A stretch of DNA of 50,212 bases, taken from assembly GCF_003334315.1 (NCBI RefSeq), contig NZ_QOWR01000032.1; one strand, given 5' to 3'. The notes beneath the pieces are model-generated. The model saw only the letters and a program-made list of their open reading frames with translations, searched no databases and was not told where the DNA came from. Source of the DNA: Escherichia coli (GTDB taxonomy: Bacteria; Pseudomonadota; Gammaproteobacteria; Enterobacterales; Enterobacteriaceae). A program made the translations under genes and the position numbers. Numbering within the stretch: position 1 is the stretch's first letter; every line of letters begins with the position of its first letter. Positions 10,994-21,734 of this stretch are shown here, in pieces.

Positions 10994-12163
10994 ATGAAAA
11001 TTAACTATCCGTTGCTGGCGCTGGCGATTGGCGCGTTTGGTATCGGGACAACGGAGTTCTCGCCAATGGGCTTGTTGCCCGTCATTGCGCGCGGTGTGGA
11101 TGTCTCGATTCCCGCTGCCGGAATGTTAATCAGTGCCTATGCAGTTGGCGTAATGGTGGGCGCGCCGCTGATGACGCTTCTACTTTCTCATCGTGCCCGC
11201 CGCAGTGCGTTGATTTTCCTGATGGCAATTTTCACGCTCGGCAACGTTCTTTCCGCCATCGCGCCGGATTATATGACCCTGATGCTTTCACGCATTTTGA
11301 CCAGCCTGAATCACGGAGCATTTTTTGGTTTGGGTTCAGTCGTGGCCGCAAGCGTGGTGCCAAAACATAAACAGGCCAGCGCAGTTGCCACTATGTTTAT
11401 GGGGTTAACCCTGGCAAATATCGGTGGCGTGCCGGCGGCGACCTGGTTGGGTGAAACCATCGGCTGGCGGATGTCATTTCTGGCAACGGCGGGGCTGGGA
11501 GTGATTTCAATGGTAAGTCTGTTCTTCTCATTACCTAAAGGTGGTGCAGGGGCACGACCTGAAGTGAAAAAAGAGCTGGCGGTATTAATGCGTCCGCAGG
11601 TGCTGTCTGCATTGCTGACGACGGTACTGGGAGCTGGTGCAATGTTTACTCTCTACACCTATATCTCTCCGGTACTGCAAAGTATTACCCACGCAACACC
11701 GGTGTTCGTCACGGCAATGCTGGTGCTGATTGGTGTCGGATTCTCTATCGGTAACTATCTCGGCGGCAAACTGGCAGATCGTTCAGTTAACGGCACGTTG
11801 AAAGGCTTTTTGTTGCTGCTGATGGTGATTATGCTGGCAATCCCGTTCCTGGCCCGCAATGAGTTCGGCGCAGCTATTAGCATGGTGGTGTGGGGCGCAG
11901 CAACCTTTGCGGTCGTACCGCCGTTACAGATGCGCGTGATGCGTGTCGCCAGTGAAGCGCCGGGTCTGTCTTCATCAGTCAATATTGGTGCCTTTAATCT
12001 TGGAAATGCGCTGGGAGCAGCTGCTGGTGGTGCGGTAATTTCCGCTGGGCTGGGATACAGCTTTGTGCCAGTGATGGGAGCGATTGTCGCGGGACTGGCA
12101 TTATTGCTGGTGTTTATGTCAGCCAGAAAACAACCTGAAACAGTTTGCGTTGCTAACAGCTAA
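10994..12163 (+). CDS. ydhP: YdhP MFS transporter (389 aa)
   Basis: ORF 389 aa MKINYPLLALAIGAFGIGTTEFSPMGLLPVIA...; GGAG RBS upstream; length matches YdhP. Confidence 0.88.
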   Translation: MKINYPLLALAIGAFGIGTTEFSPMGLLPVIARGVDVSIPAAGMLISAYAVGVMVGAPLMTLLLSHRARRSALIFLMAIFTLGNVLSAIAPDYMTLMLSRILTSLNHGAFFGLGSVVAASVVPKHKQASAVATMFMGLTLANIGGVPAATWLGETIGWRMSFLATAGLGVISMVSLFFSLPKGGAGARPEVKKELAVLMRPQVLSALLTTVLGAGAMFTLYTYISPVLQSITHATPVFVTAMLVLIGVGFSIGNYLGGKLADRSVNGTLKGFLLLLMVIMLAIPFLARNEFGAAISMVVWGAATFAVVPPLQMRVMRVASEAPGLSSSVNIGAFNLGNALGAAAGGAVISAGLGYSFVPVMGAIVAGLALLLVFMSARKQPETVCVANS

Positions 12164-12197
12164 TTAAACAAAAACGCAGAAGGATAACCTTCTGCGT
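12161..12197. terminator. Terminator hairpin at the ydhP 3' end (T-run on minus strand, so likely terminates sodB-direction transcripts)
   Basis: ACGCAGAAGG-ATAA-CCTTCTGCGT perfect 10-bp stem; minus-strand reading is followed by TTTTTGTTTAATT. Confidence 0.45.
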
Positions 12198-12226
12198 TAC
12201 AGTTGCTGACAACGTGCGATTTATCT

Positions 12227-12374
12227 TGCCGGATGCGGTGTTAACGACTCATCCGCGTTGACATGAAAAGACGCGTTAGGCGTCGTATCATGCAGCGCTT
12301 GTCGGATGCGGCGAGTGCCTTATCCGACCTACATCGATGATCCGCGTAGGCCTGATAAGCGTAGCGCTTCAGGC
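12227..12374. repeat. REP/BIME cluster (at least three REP-like palindromic units) between ydhP and sodB
   Basis: GCCGGATGCGG..., TGTCGGATGCGGCGAGTGCCTTATCCGACCTAC and GTAGGCCTGATAAGCGTAGCGCTTCAGGC resemble the E. coli REP consensus (GCCGGATGCGGCG...TTATCCGGCCTAC) in alternating orientation. Confidence 0.7.
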
Positions 12375-12397
12375 AATGCTGCATTTGCCATCAGTTA

Positions 12398-12979
12398 TTA
12401 TGCAGCGAGATTTTTCGCTACGAATTCCCAGTTCACCAGCGCCCAGAAGTGCTCCAGATAGCCAGGACGTGCATTGCGATAGTCGATGTAATAAGCGTGT
12501 TCCCAGACATCAACGGTCAGCAGCGGAGTCGCATCGGTGGTCAGCGGAGTACCCGCGTTAGAGGTTGAAACGATAGCCAGTTTGCCATCGCTGTTTTTCA
12601 CCAGCCAGGTCCAGCCAGAACCAAAGTTTTTGATCGCTGCATCAGTAAACTGCGCTTTGAAATCGGCAAAGCTGCCAAAAGATGCGGCGATAGCTTCAGC
12701 GACTTTTCCAGTCGGTTCGCCACCGGCGTTCGGTGCCAGGCAGTTCCAGTAGAAAGTATGGTTCCAGACCTGAGCTGCGTTGTTGAATACGCCACCTTCA
12801 GAGCTGCGAATAATCTCTTCCAGTGATTTACCTTCAAACGCGGTACCTTTAATCAGGTTGTTCAGGTTAGTGACATAAGTCTGATGGTGCTTGCCGTAGT
12901 GATACTCGATGGTTTCCGCAGAAATGTGCGGTGCCAGAGCATCTTTAGCATATGGTAGTGCAGGTAATTCGAATGACAT
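12398..12979 (-). CDS. sodB: Superoxide dismutase [Fe] (193 aa)
   Basis: ORF 193 aa [46 protein letters not shown]...; canonical Fe/Mn-SOD sequence. Confidence 0.95.
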   Translation of the reverse strand: MSFELPALPYAKDALAPHISAETIEYHYGKHHQTYVTNLNNLIKGTAFEGKSLEEIIRSSEGGVFNNAAQVWNHTFYWNCLAPNAGGEPTGKVAEAIAASFGSFADFKAQFTDAAIKNFGSGWTWLVKNSDGKLAIVSTSNAGTPLTTDATPLLTVDVWEHAYYIDYRNARPGYLEHFWALVNWEFVAKNLAA

Positions 12980-13106
12980 TGCTACTCTCCTTTATTATTA
13001 ATTTGCATACGTACAATAGCCTTATTGTGCGTATGGATAGGGTAGCAAATTAAAAGGTGAGACAAAAGATGAACTTACCCTGTTGCCGTAACAACAGGGT
13101 AAAGTT

Positions 13107-13922
13107 TTAGCGAAGTGTTTTTGGGGTCATTACCCGACGAGCGCCAACATAGTGGCGCTGCCAGTAGTCTTCACTGAGAGAAGTGATTTGAATTTCCTGA
13201 CCTGTGCGCGGTGACTGAATAAATTTGCCGTTGCCGACATACACGCCGACATGATCGGCTGTGCCGCGTCCCTGAGTACGGAAAAAGACCAGGTCGCCGT
13301 TTTTCAGTTCACTACGTTCGATTGGCGCTGCATCACGCAGGTGATACATTTCATTCGCCGTACGCGGAATACGAATTTTCACCAAATCTTTATAAGCGTA
13401 ATAAACCAGGCCGCTGCAATCAAAACCGGTACGCGGTGAGCTGCCACCCCAACGATATGGCTTACCAATTTGCTGCATCAGTTTATTCATTGCCACTTTC
13501 GTAGCTTTTTGCACCTTCGCTTTGTGCGCGTCGGCAAGAGTTCCTGACGCGGCATTTTTGACTTTCACACAATGCGATTTATAGCCCTTACGTTTGGTAC
13601 ACTTTTCGGTAAAGCTGGCTGAGGCCGTTTTATTGACGGCGTGTTTGCTGCGAGTTTTGGCGTTTTTAGAAGCGGTAATGGAAGATTTTTTAACGGAAGA
13701 AGCGGTTTTGCTTTTGGTCGTACTTTTACTGGCGGCTTTTTTCGCTGTTTTCTGGGTCTTTTTGGTGGTTGCCGTGCTTTTCTTTTTATCTGCTTTTTTG
13801 GTGATATGAGTGGTAGCAGAACTCTCCCTGGCTTGCTTTGAAGCATGGGCCATAGGCGTTAAAGGCAGGGTGGTAAAAAGTAAAGCACAGAGCGTGATCG
13901 AAATACGGTTTATCCGCGCCAC
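13107..13922 (-). CDS. mepH: MepH (YdhO) NlpC/P60 peptidoglycan DD-endopeptidase (271 aa)
   Basis: ORF 271 aa with signal peptide, Lys/Ser/Thr-rich low-complexity linker, and C-terminal NlpC/P60 domain (RWGGSSPRTGFDCSGLVYYAY...GDLVFF...HVGVYVGNGKFIQSP). Confidence 0.88.
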   Translation of the reverse strand: MARINRISITLCALLFTTLPLTPMAHASKQARESSATTHITKKADKKKSTATTKKTQKTAKKAASKSTTKSKTASSVKKSSITASKNAKTRSKHAVNKTASASFTEKCTKRKGYKSHCVKVKNAASGTLADAHKAKVQKATKVAMNKLMQQIGKPYRWGGSSPRTGFDCSGLVYYAYKDLVKIRIPRTANEMYHLRDAAPIERSELKNGDLVFFRTQGRGTADHVGVYVGNGKFIQSPRTGQEIQITSLSEDYWQRHYVGARRVMTPKTLR

Positions 13923-14255
13923 TGAGCGTCCCTCTGTTAAGGCAGGTCTATCATGCCTGCGTCTGATTTACAAAACTTGATGATTCTAATGCATAGAAGA
14001 AGAGAAAGTTAATAGCTTTTATTGTTAAAAAATACGTTTCGTTGGCGAGCGCAAAAAAATGCAGCAGTGAAAGCTAAAAATGGTTATAAATACGCCAGTT
14101 TGCCGGCATCAGAGAAGAAACGAATATTTGAAATGCAACAAATAGAGCAAAGGGATAAAATAGCAAAAGCGTGATGAAAATGTTATTTTCCGATGCCGCA
14201 CTGACCCGCTACAATGTCAGATTACTGCCGTAAAGAAGTTTGAGGAAGCAAGACA

Positions 14256-14603
14256 ATGAGCACCACTATCGAAAAAATCCAACGCCAGATTGCTGAAAAC
14301 CCGATCCTGCTGTACATGAAAGGTTCACCGAAACTGCCGAGCTGCGGTTTCTCTGCCCAGGCAGTCCAGGCGCTTGCCGCATGTGGCGAACGTTTTGCCT
14401 ATGTTGATATTCTGCAGAATCCGGACATTCGTGCGGAACTGCCGAAATATGCTAACTGGCCGACCTTCCCGCAACTGTGGGTTGACGGCGAGCTGGTCGG
14501 CGGTTGTGATATCGTGATCGAAATGTATCAGCGTGGCGAACTGCAGCAGCTGATCAAAGAAACTGCCGCTAAATACAAGTCTGAAGAGCCGGACGCGGAA
14601 TAA
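14256..14603 (+). CDS. grxD: Monothiol glutaredoxin Grx4 (115 aa)
   Basis: ORF 115 aa MSTTIEKIQRQIAENPILLYMKGSPKLPSCGFSAQAV... with CGFS active-site motif. Confidence 0.95.
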   Translation: MSTTIEKIQRQIAENPILLYMKGSPKLPSCGFSAQAVQALAACGERFAYVDILQNPDIRAELPKYANWPTFPQLWVDGELVGGCDIVIEMYQRGELQQLIKETAAKYKSEEPDAE

Positions 14604-14619
14604 TCCGTCCTGCAATACT

Positions 14620-14652
14620 GACGGATGCGAACGGGCATCCGTCAGTCCTTTC
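14620..14652. terminator. Hairpin between convergent grxD and lhr
   Basis: GACGGATGC-GAACGG-GCATCCGTC 9-bp stem directly after the grxD stop, followed by AGTCCTTTCTC. Confidence 0.5.
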
Positions 14653-14653
14653 T

Positions 14654-17600
14654 CTATCCCCAATCCAGCCCTTGTGGCGAACTTGAAAATCCCGCCTCAC
14701 GCAGCAGCATAAACATCGGCGTTTGCCGGACCGGTAGATCATTCACTTCTGTTAGCGTAAAGCGCAGCCGTGGTTCGCGACGCAGTGCGGTAGTCAGCGC
14801 GTGGAAAACCTCTGGGGCGAGTAATTCCTCTTTTTCCTGCCAGACCAGCATTTTTTTGCCACCTTGCGCCAGATAGAGTAACAATTTGCCGCCAGAAACG
14901 ACCACCAGCGCACCCGCCCGACGCGTTGGAACCAGCGTTGCCGGATGTGCAGGCCAGGGCAGAAGATTTCCCCACACATTAGCCGGATCGTTGGCAGAGA
15001 GCGCCACTGGTGTATAGTGGCGCGTTTGCGTGGCTTGTGTCGCCAGATCGCGCAATCGGTCAATAGTCAGACGTTCAGCGAATTGCGCGCCACCCAGACC
15101 TTCTACAAAACGACCTCGCATAATTCGCCCGGAGTCTTCCATACTTCGACAAAGCGTTTGCATCGATGGAAACCCGCCAGGGATATTTTCGGCTATCACC
15201 GCCTGACGACTGATGATGCCGTAGCGGTCGAGCATATTTTCCGCCAGCGCCAGCATCCTTTCGGTATCGTTTAGTGGCTCCACCTGCAATAACGACCAGC
15301 GTCCAGCCAGATTTGGTGTGTTGTAAGATACCCGCGGCGAGACGGGTTGCGCATAGACAGGACGTCCACGACGAGCCCGGTGACTGCGGCGAGTTGAGGT
15401 GCGTGCGTTGGAACTGCTGCGGGTGAGGGCGCGTAACGGTGCCCAAATGTCGCTGGTGATGACGCCTTGCCAGACCAGCGCCCATAACGCCTCTTGCAGG
15501 GCAGAGAGATCAACCGATTCGCCGATTTTGTCGCGTATCCGTTGGCTGATTTGTTGTGCAAACCAGGCTCCTCCGTCAGCCAGAACAGCGACTATCGCTT
15601 GTTGCAGCGCCGAACGATTCGCCTGATCCGCTTCGGCGGGAGTGAACGATTCTGCAGCATATTCCTGTAGATGCAGTGCCACCAGGCCGTCATCTTCACC
15701 CAGTTTTTTTTGCCCCGACCAGATAACCGCACCGGTTGCCAGTAATTCATCGAGCATTTCTGACGAATAGTCGCGTACGCGGGCAGGCAGGATCTGGCTT
15801 TCCCAGAGTGAGGCGGGTAAACCGACTCCGGCAAGCTGTTCGATCACCCGCATCACGCCATCTACGCCCTCATAAACGCCTGGCGATGTTGAGGCAAAGA
15901 GCGCCGGGCTACCATCGGTGGCGGGTAATACGCCCTGACGTTCCAGCAGCAATCGCGCATAGGTCGTGGCTGCAACGGGACGCGTCGCTTCTCTGGCGGC
16001 TTGCAGCGAGCGCAAACGCAGACGACGAAATACTTCATCGCTCACCCAGATGTCTTGTTGCAGATTCATCACCAGACCCTGTTCACGCAGTTGCTGAAGC
16101 TGCTCTTCGACAATGGCAATACCGAGACTAAACTCATGAGCCAGTTGTTCAGCCGTGACCAGAGCATGAGCCCGGAGATAGCGCAGAAAGAGGTCGCGAA
16201 GCGGGTAACTGACTCTATGTAAATAAATCTCTGGCAATGACTCTGGTAGTCGTACGCCGAGGGCATCACGCAGCCTGGCGGCATCATCCATACAGGCAAG
16301 ACGCTCCTGTCCGCTAATCATCGCTGGGAAGATTCGTTTTACTGCAAGAAGATTTTCCAGATACGACGCAACCTCTTCACTGCTGCCTGTATGCCGTTGC
16401 GCCAGGTCTTCAACGGTCATTGGCCCCAGTTCGCGCAGCAGGTCGAACAATCCTTCTTCACCTTTCGCTCTTCTGCCAGGAGCCAGTCGTTGCAACTCTT
16501 CTTCCACCTGGCGAATGACCTGCGGGTCGAGTAATTCCCCCGGATCGACCTGTCCGAGTAGATTGCGCAGTAACTCGCTGTCCAGCGACAGTACGGATGC
16601 CCGGCGCTCTGCCAGCGGGGCGTCGCTCTGGTACATAAATTCCGCGACATAGCCGAACAATAAACTTGTGGCGAAAGGCGAGGGCGTAGTGGTCGTTACA
16701 TCGGATATTTGAATTTCGCCACCGTTCAGGCGACGCATCAAACGTTCCAGTGCGGGAAGATCATAAACATCTTGCAGACATTCGCGTAGGGTTTCGAGAA
16801 TGACCGGAAAATCCGGATATCCCTGAGCGATTTCCAGCAACTGACTGGCGCGCAGCCGTTGTTGCCAAAGCGGGGTGCGATGGCCCGGAGTGCGCCCCGG
16901 CATTAATAATGCCCGCGCGGCGCATTCGCGAAAACGGGCGGCGAAAAGTGCCGAGCTGCCTACCGCCTCGCGGACAATTTGCAGCAACTTTTCTGGTTCA
17001 AACAAAAAAATCGCGGCATCGGGCAATTTACCATCGGTGTCAGGAATACGTGCAACAATGCCGTCATCACTGGCGACCACCGACGCGTCAGCGCCCCATA
17101 GCGCATGTATTCGCCCGGCAATCGCCAGCGCCCAGGGTTCATGCACCCGTCTTCCATAGGGAGAGTGCAAAATAATACGCCAGTCACCAATTTCATCACG
17201 GCACCGTTCGAGGACCAGATGGCGACTCCCCGGAACGATGCCCGTCGCGTTGCGCTGCTCCTCAATCAACCCCTGAATATTGGCGATCGTATTTTCTTCT
17301 GCCAGCCACGGGGGAATAGTCCCGGAAAAGAACGCGCCATCCGCCAGCAAATGAAGAAAATCGCCGATCATCTCGCCTAATTCAGCCGGACGTCCGTTAC
17401 CTTCACCACGCCAGAAGGGGAGCCGGGCAGAACGACCCGGAGCAGGAGTCACAATCACCTGATCGCCGGTGATTTGCTGGATCCGCCATGAGGTAGCGCC
17501 GAGAGTGATAATGTCGTTCACCCGCGACTCATATACCATCTCCTCATCCAGTTCACCCACCCGCCGCGAACCGGCCTTTTCTTCACCTTCGGGTAATAAC

Positions 17601-19270
17601 ACGCTATACATGCCACGATCCGGAATGGTGCCGCCGCTGGTAACCGCCAACAATTGAGCGCCAGGCCGGGCGGTCAATATCCCGGTCTCCCTGTTCCAGA
17701 CCAGTTTGGGGCGAAAAGCAGAAAAATCGCCAGAGGGATAGCGCCCGGAAAGCATATCCAGCGTGGCGTCAAAAACACGTCTTGGCAGATCTTTCCACGG
17801 TGCGGCACGGCGTACGCGGGAGTACCATTCGTCTACCTGTAATGCATCCATCGCCGCGGCGGCAACGGTTTGCTGCGCAAGGACGTCGAGAGGATTATGC
17901 GGTGGTGTCAGGTTTTCCAGCCTGCCTGCGAACATACACTCTACAATGACTGCGGAATCGACTAAATCACGCCGGGTACGGGGGAAAAACAGCCCTTTAG
18001 ATACACCGCCAACCTGATGTCCGGCGCGACCAATGCGTTGTAACCCACTGGCAACAGAAAGCGGCGTTGCCACCTGAATCACCAGATCCACCGCGCCCAT
18101 ATCAATCCCCAGTTCAAGACTGGAGGTTGCGACCACGCAGCGTAATTCACCCGATTTCAGCGCCTGTTCGGTGATTGCTCGTTGTTCTTTAGAGACGGAG
18201 CCGTGGTGTGAGCGGGCAATAAAAACGTCGCTACTTTGTACACGGTTAGAGGTTGCGCCGGAGGTCGACTCGAAATGGGCCGCATCAACGGCGATAGACG
18301 GGGAACGCTGTAAGCGTGCGGCGTAAAGCTCATTTAATCGTGCTGTCAGTTTTTCCGCCAGCCCCCGCGAATTAGTAAAGACAATGGTCGAGCGATGGCG
18401 CAACACTTCATCAAGGATACCCGTTTCAATATATGGCCAGATGGAGCCTTCCCGGCCGGCATGGCTGTCTTCGCCGGTGCCGCTGGCGACCGATGAGACA
18501 TCATCCATATTGGCGACCGGTACGACAATTCGTATCTGCGGATGGTGCATTGCGGGCGGGTTGACTACCGTAACCGGGCGATCGCCACCAAGAAATGCTG
18601 CCACATCGCTGGCTGAGCGCACAGTGGCAGAAAGGCCAATTCGCTGTGCTGAGGTGTGGAGCAGCGCATCGAGCCGCTCCAGACTTAACGCCAGATGCGC
18701 ACCACGTTTACTGCCCGCTACCGCGTGGACTTCATCAATAATTACCGTTTCGACGCCGCGTAGCGTTTCGCGCGCGCGGGAGGTCAGCATCAGATAGAGT
18801 GATTCGGGTGTGGTGATCAGAATATCCGGCGGATTACGGGTGAGTTTGCTGCGTTCCTGTGCAGGCGTATCGCCAGTACGGATCCCTACGCGAAGATTGA
18901 CTTCCGTTTCGCCGCGCCGCCGCCGTTCATCGGCAATACCCTTCAACGGGATCTGCAAGTTGCGCTGAACGTCGGTGCCCAGGGCTTTTATCGGTGAAAT
19001 ATAGAGGATGCGTGAGGTTTTACGCTTATGCGCCTCGCGGGTATCTTCGCCGCCTTCGCGGAAGAGCCGATCGAGGGCGTAGAGAAATGCTGCCAGCGTT
19101 TTCCCGGAGCCGGTCGGTGCAATCACCAGCGCATGTTCGCTTCGCGCCGCCACATGCCAGGTTTGCGGCTGGACAGCGGTCGGCTGTTTAAAGGCGCGAA
19201 GAAACCAGTCGCGGGTCGCCGGTGAAAACACGTCCGGCAGGAGCGATGAAGGGTCTGGATTATCTGCCAT
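14654..19270 (-). CDS. lhr: Lhr, large ATP-dependent helicase (1538 aa)
   Basis: Single 1538-aa ORF; N-terminal superfamily-2 helicase motifs (PTGSGKT Walker A, DEVH box); length equals K-12 Lhr; immediately downstream of rnt. Confidence 0.93.
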   Translation of the reverse strand: MADNPDPSSLLPDVFSPATRDWFLRAFKQPTAVQPQTWHVAARSEHALVIAPTGSGKTLAAFLYALDRLFREGGEDTREAHKRKTSRILYISPIKALGTDVQRNLQIPLKGIADERRRRGETEVNLRVGIRTGDTPAQERSKLTRNPPDILITTPESLYLMLTSRARETLRGVETVIIDEVHAVAGSKRGAHLALSLERLDALLHTSAQRIGLSATVRSASDVAAFLGGDRPVTVVNPPAMHHPQIRIVVPVANMDDVSSVASGTGEDSHAGREGSIWPYIETGILDEVLRHRSTIVFTNSRGLAEKLTARLNELYAARLQRSPSIAVDAAHFESTSGATSNRVQSSDVFIARSHHGSVSKEQRAITEQALKSGELRCVVATSSLELGIDMGAVDLVIQVATPLSVASGLQRIGRAGHQVGGVSKGLFFPRTRRDLVDSAVIVECMFAGRLENLTPPHNPLDVLAQQTVAAAAMDALQVDEWYSRVRRAAPWKDLPRRVFDATLDMLSGRYPSGDFSAFRPKLVWNRETGILTARPGAQLLAVTSGGTIPDRGMYSVLLPEGEEKAGSRRVGELDEEMVYESRVNDIITLGATSWRIQQITGDQVIVTPAPGRSARLPFWRGEGNGRPAELGEMIGDFLHLLADGAFFSGTIPPWLAEENTIANIQGLIEEQRNATGIVPGSRHLVLERCRDEIGDWRIILHSPYGRRVHEPWALAIAGRIHALWGADASVVASDDGIVARIPDTDGKLPDAAIFLFEPEKLLQIVREAVGSSALFAARFRECAARALLMPGRTPGHRTPLWQQRLRASQLLEIAQGYPDFPVILETLRECLQDVYDLPALERLMRRLNGGEIQISDVTTTTPSPFATSLLFGYVAEFMYQSDAPLAERRASVLSLDSELLRNLLGQVDPGELLDPQVIRQVEEELQRLAPGRRAKGEEGLFDLLRELGPMTVEDLAQRHTGSSEEVASYLENLLAVKRIFPAMISGQERLACMDDAARLRDALGVRLPESLPEIYLHRVSYPLRDLFLRYLRAHALVTAEQLAHEFSLGIAIVEEQLQQLREQGLVMNLQQDIWVSDEVFRRLRLRSLQAAREATRPVAATTYARLLLERQGVLPATDGSPALFASTSPGVYEGVDGVMRVIEQLAGVGLPASLWESQILPARVRDYSSEMLDELLATGAVIWSGQKKLGEDDGLVALHLQEYAAESFTPAEADQANRSALQQAIVAVLADGGAWFAQQISQRIRDKIGESVDLSALQEALWALVWQGVITSDIWAPLRALTRSSSNARTSTRRSHRARRGRPVYAQPVSPRVSYNTPNLAGRWSLLQVEPLNDTERMLALAENMLDRYGIISRQAVIAENIPGGFPSMQTLCRSMEDSGRIMRGRFVEGLGGAQFAERLTIDRLRDLATQATQTRHYTPVALSANDPANVWGNLLPWPAHPATLVPTRRAGALVVVSGGKLLLYLAQGGKKMLVWQEKEELLAPEVFHALTTALRREPRLRFTLTEVNDLPVRQTPMFMLLREAGFSSSPQGLDWG

Positions 19271-19322
19271 TAACGCTATTCCCCGTGAATATCATGCAGG
19301 ATGCGTGGAATAGCCTCACTAT

Positions 19323-19356
19323 AGATGCCTGAATCATTGCATGTCATCAGGCATCG
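19323..19356. other. Inverted-repeat hairpin in the rnt-lhr intergenic spacer
   Basis: GATGCCTGA-(14 nt)-TCAGGCATC, a 9-bp perfect stem between the rnt stop (19363) and the lhr start (19270). Confidence 0.4.
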
Positions 19357-19362
19357 ACTCGA

Positions 19363-20010
19363 TTACACCTCTTCGGCGGCAGATAGCGGCCAGCCTCCCA
19401 GACGTTTCCAGCGGTTGACGATTTCACAAAACAGCACAGCAGTGCGTTCGGTGTCGTACAGCGCGGAGTGCGCCTGGGTGCTGTCGAAGTCCATGCCAGC
19501 GGTCTGGCAAGCCTTTGACAATACGGTTTGTCCGAGTGCCAGCCCGGCCAGTGCAGCAGTGTCAAAAGTGGCGAAAGGGTGGAACGGGTTACGTTTCAGT
19601 GAGGCGCGTTCTGCGGCGGCCATCATAAAGCTGTGATCAAAATTGGCATTGTGCGCCACCATAATGGCGCGGTTACAGCCGCTCGCTTTAATACCTTTAC
19701 GTACAACTTTAAAAATTTCGTGCAGCGCCTCGTATTCGCTGACCGCGCCGCGATCGGGATCGTTCGGGTCAATGCCGTTGAAGGCGAGGGCTTCTGGTTG
19801 CAAATTTGCGCCGACAAATGGTTCGACGTGGAAATGTAATGTGGTGTCCGGCATCAGCCAGCCTTGTTCATCCATTTTCAGGGTGATGGCGGCAATCTCA
19901 AGCAGCGCATCGGTTTTGGCGTTAAATCCGGCTGTTTCAACATCGATCACAACAGGATAAAAACCACGAAAACGGTCGCACAGACCGGTAAGTTGAGCGT
20001 TATCGGACAT
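19363..20010 (-). CDS. rnt: Ribonuclease T (215 aa), DEDDh exonuclease
   Basis: ORF 215 aa [44 protein letters not shown]...; length and N-terminus match RNase T. Confidence 0.93.
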   Translation of the reverse strand: MSDNAQLTGLCDRFRGFYPVVIDVETAGFNAKTDALLEIAAITLKMDEQGWLMPDTTLHFHVEPFVGANLQPEALAFNGIDPNDPDRGAVSEYEALHEIFKVVRKGIKASGCNRAIMVAHNANFDHSFMMAAAERASLKRNPFHPFATFDTAALAGLALGQTVLSKACQTAGMDFDSTQAHSALYDTERTAVLFCEIVNRWKRLGGWPLSAAEEV

Positions 20011-20112
20011 CTGATTCTCTTAATACGGATAAATTGCAGCGCGCATTATGACAAATATTACTTGTCGATGCAGTAAAGATGCGGGCGCGATGAGTTCACG
20101 CCCGGCAGGAGA

Positions 20113-20520
20113 TTAGTTGCCCAGACCGCGACCGGCGTCTTTCTCTTCGATTAACTCAATTTTGTAACCGTCCGGATCTTCCACAAACGCGATAACCGTA
20201 GTACCGCCTTTTACCGGACCCGCTTCACGGGTCACGTTACCCCCGTTTTGACGGATTTTTTCGCACGCTTCAGCGGCGTTATCTACGCTAAGCGCGATGT
20301 GACCATAAGCAGTGCCGAGTTCGTATTTATCCACGCCCCAGTTGTAGGTCAGTTCAATCACCGCTTCTTCGGTTTCCGGGCCGTAGCCAACAAACGCCAG
20401 TGAGTATTTGTATTCCGGGTTTTCGCTGGTACGCAGCAGTTTCATGCCCAGCACTTTGGTATAAAAATCGATGGAGCGTTGCAAATCGCCAACGCGCAGC
20501 ATGGTATGAAGAAGACGCAT
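20113..20520 (-). CDS. gloA: Glyoxalase I (lactoylglutathione lyase), 135 aa
   Basis: ORF 135 aa [47 protein letters not shown]... Confidence 0.95.
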
Positions 20521-20600
20521 CTTTTTATCCTCAAAATGGCTAACAGATTCAAAATGTTGTTTTAGTATAGCGGCGGCTTTACGCCGCTCGCAATGTTGGA

Positions 20601-21698
20601 TTACAACGTCGGGTAATCGGTATAGCCTTCCGCGCCGCCACCGTAGAAACTTTCGGCACGCTGTGGGTTAAGCTCAGCTTTGCGCTGCAAGCGGGCGACC
20701 AGATCCGGGTTCGCAATCCAGTCACGACCAAATGCCACCGCATCAATTAACCCTTTGCCGATCAGCGTTTCAGCTTTTTCTACTGTGTATGCACCTGCGC
20801 CGATAATCGGACCGTGGAAACGGGCGCGTACTTTTTCGCGGAACGCATCAGTATACGGTTCACCCCCCGCCCAATCTGGTTCTGACATATGCAGATAAGC
20901 AATGCCGCGTTTACCCAGTTGTTCAATCAGATACAGTGCATCGGCTTCTTCATTCGGGCCGTTATCTGTGTTCTGGAAAGTACCGATTGGTGAAACGCGA
21001 ATGCCAATGCGATCGGCACCCCATTCTTCAATCCCGGCATCGACCACTTCCAGTACCAAACGTGCGCGATTTTCCACGCTGCCGCCGTACTGATCGGTAC
21101 GATGGTTTGAAGAAGGAGAAAGGAACTGATGCAGCAAATAACCGTGAGCAGAGTGGAGCTCTACCAGATCAAAACCGGCTTCACGCGCGTTAGCAATGGC
21201 CTGACGGAAATCATTGACGATACCTGGAATCTCTTCCAGTTCAAGCGCACGCGGCATGGATGTTTCAACACGGATCGCCTGACCATTTTCATCGCGCAGA
21301 GAAGTACGTGTTCCCGCGCTAAGTGCTGAAGGCGCTACCGGTGCCTGACCGCCAGGTTGCAGGCTGGCGTGAGAAATGCGTCCGGTGTGCCACAGCTGCA
21401 CGGCCATATGACCATTTTCAGCATGAACGCCAGCGGTGATTTTTTTCCATGCGGCAATTTGCTCCGGACTATGGATGCCAGGCGCACCTGCATATCCTTT
21501 TGCCTGGGCAGAAATTTGCGTGGCTTCACTAATAATCAAACCGGCACTGGCACGTTGGCGATAGTATTCCGCCATCAACGGGGTAGGAATGTCACCCGGT
21601 TCAATACTGCGCAGACGCGTCAGCGGTGCCATAAAAATACGGTTTGCCGCCGTGATCGCGCCCACTTTCAGTGGGGAATACAGTTTTTCAGATGACAT
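20601..21698 (-). CDS. nemA: N-ethylmaleimide reductase NemA (Old Yellow Enzyme family), 365 aa
   Basis: ORF 365 aa [31 protein letters not shown]...; OYE/FMN reductase signature; located between nemR and gloA as in K-12. Confidence 0.93.
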
Positions 21699-21734
21699 AA
21701 AGGCTCCCGGTCGTCTGGTGATAAAAAATGCCTG

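Noticed and set aside
14945-18797. Numerous 60-140-aa ORFs on both strands inside lhr (for example 15075..15485, 15736..16131, 18384..18797)
   Set aside because: All are embedded in the 1538-aa lhr coding region with its intact helicase motifs; their products are Arg/Ala/Pro-rich as expected for GC-rich alternative frames.
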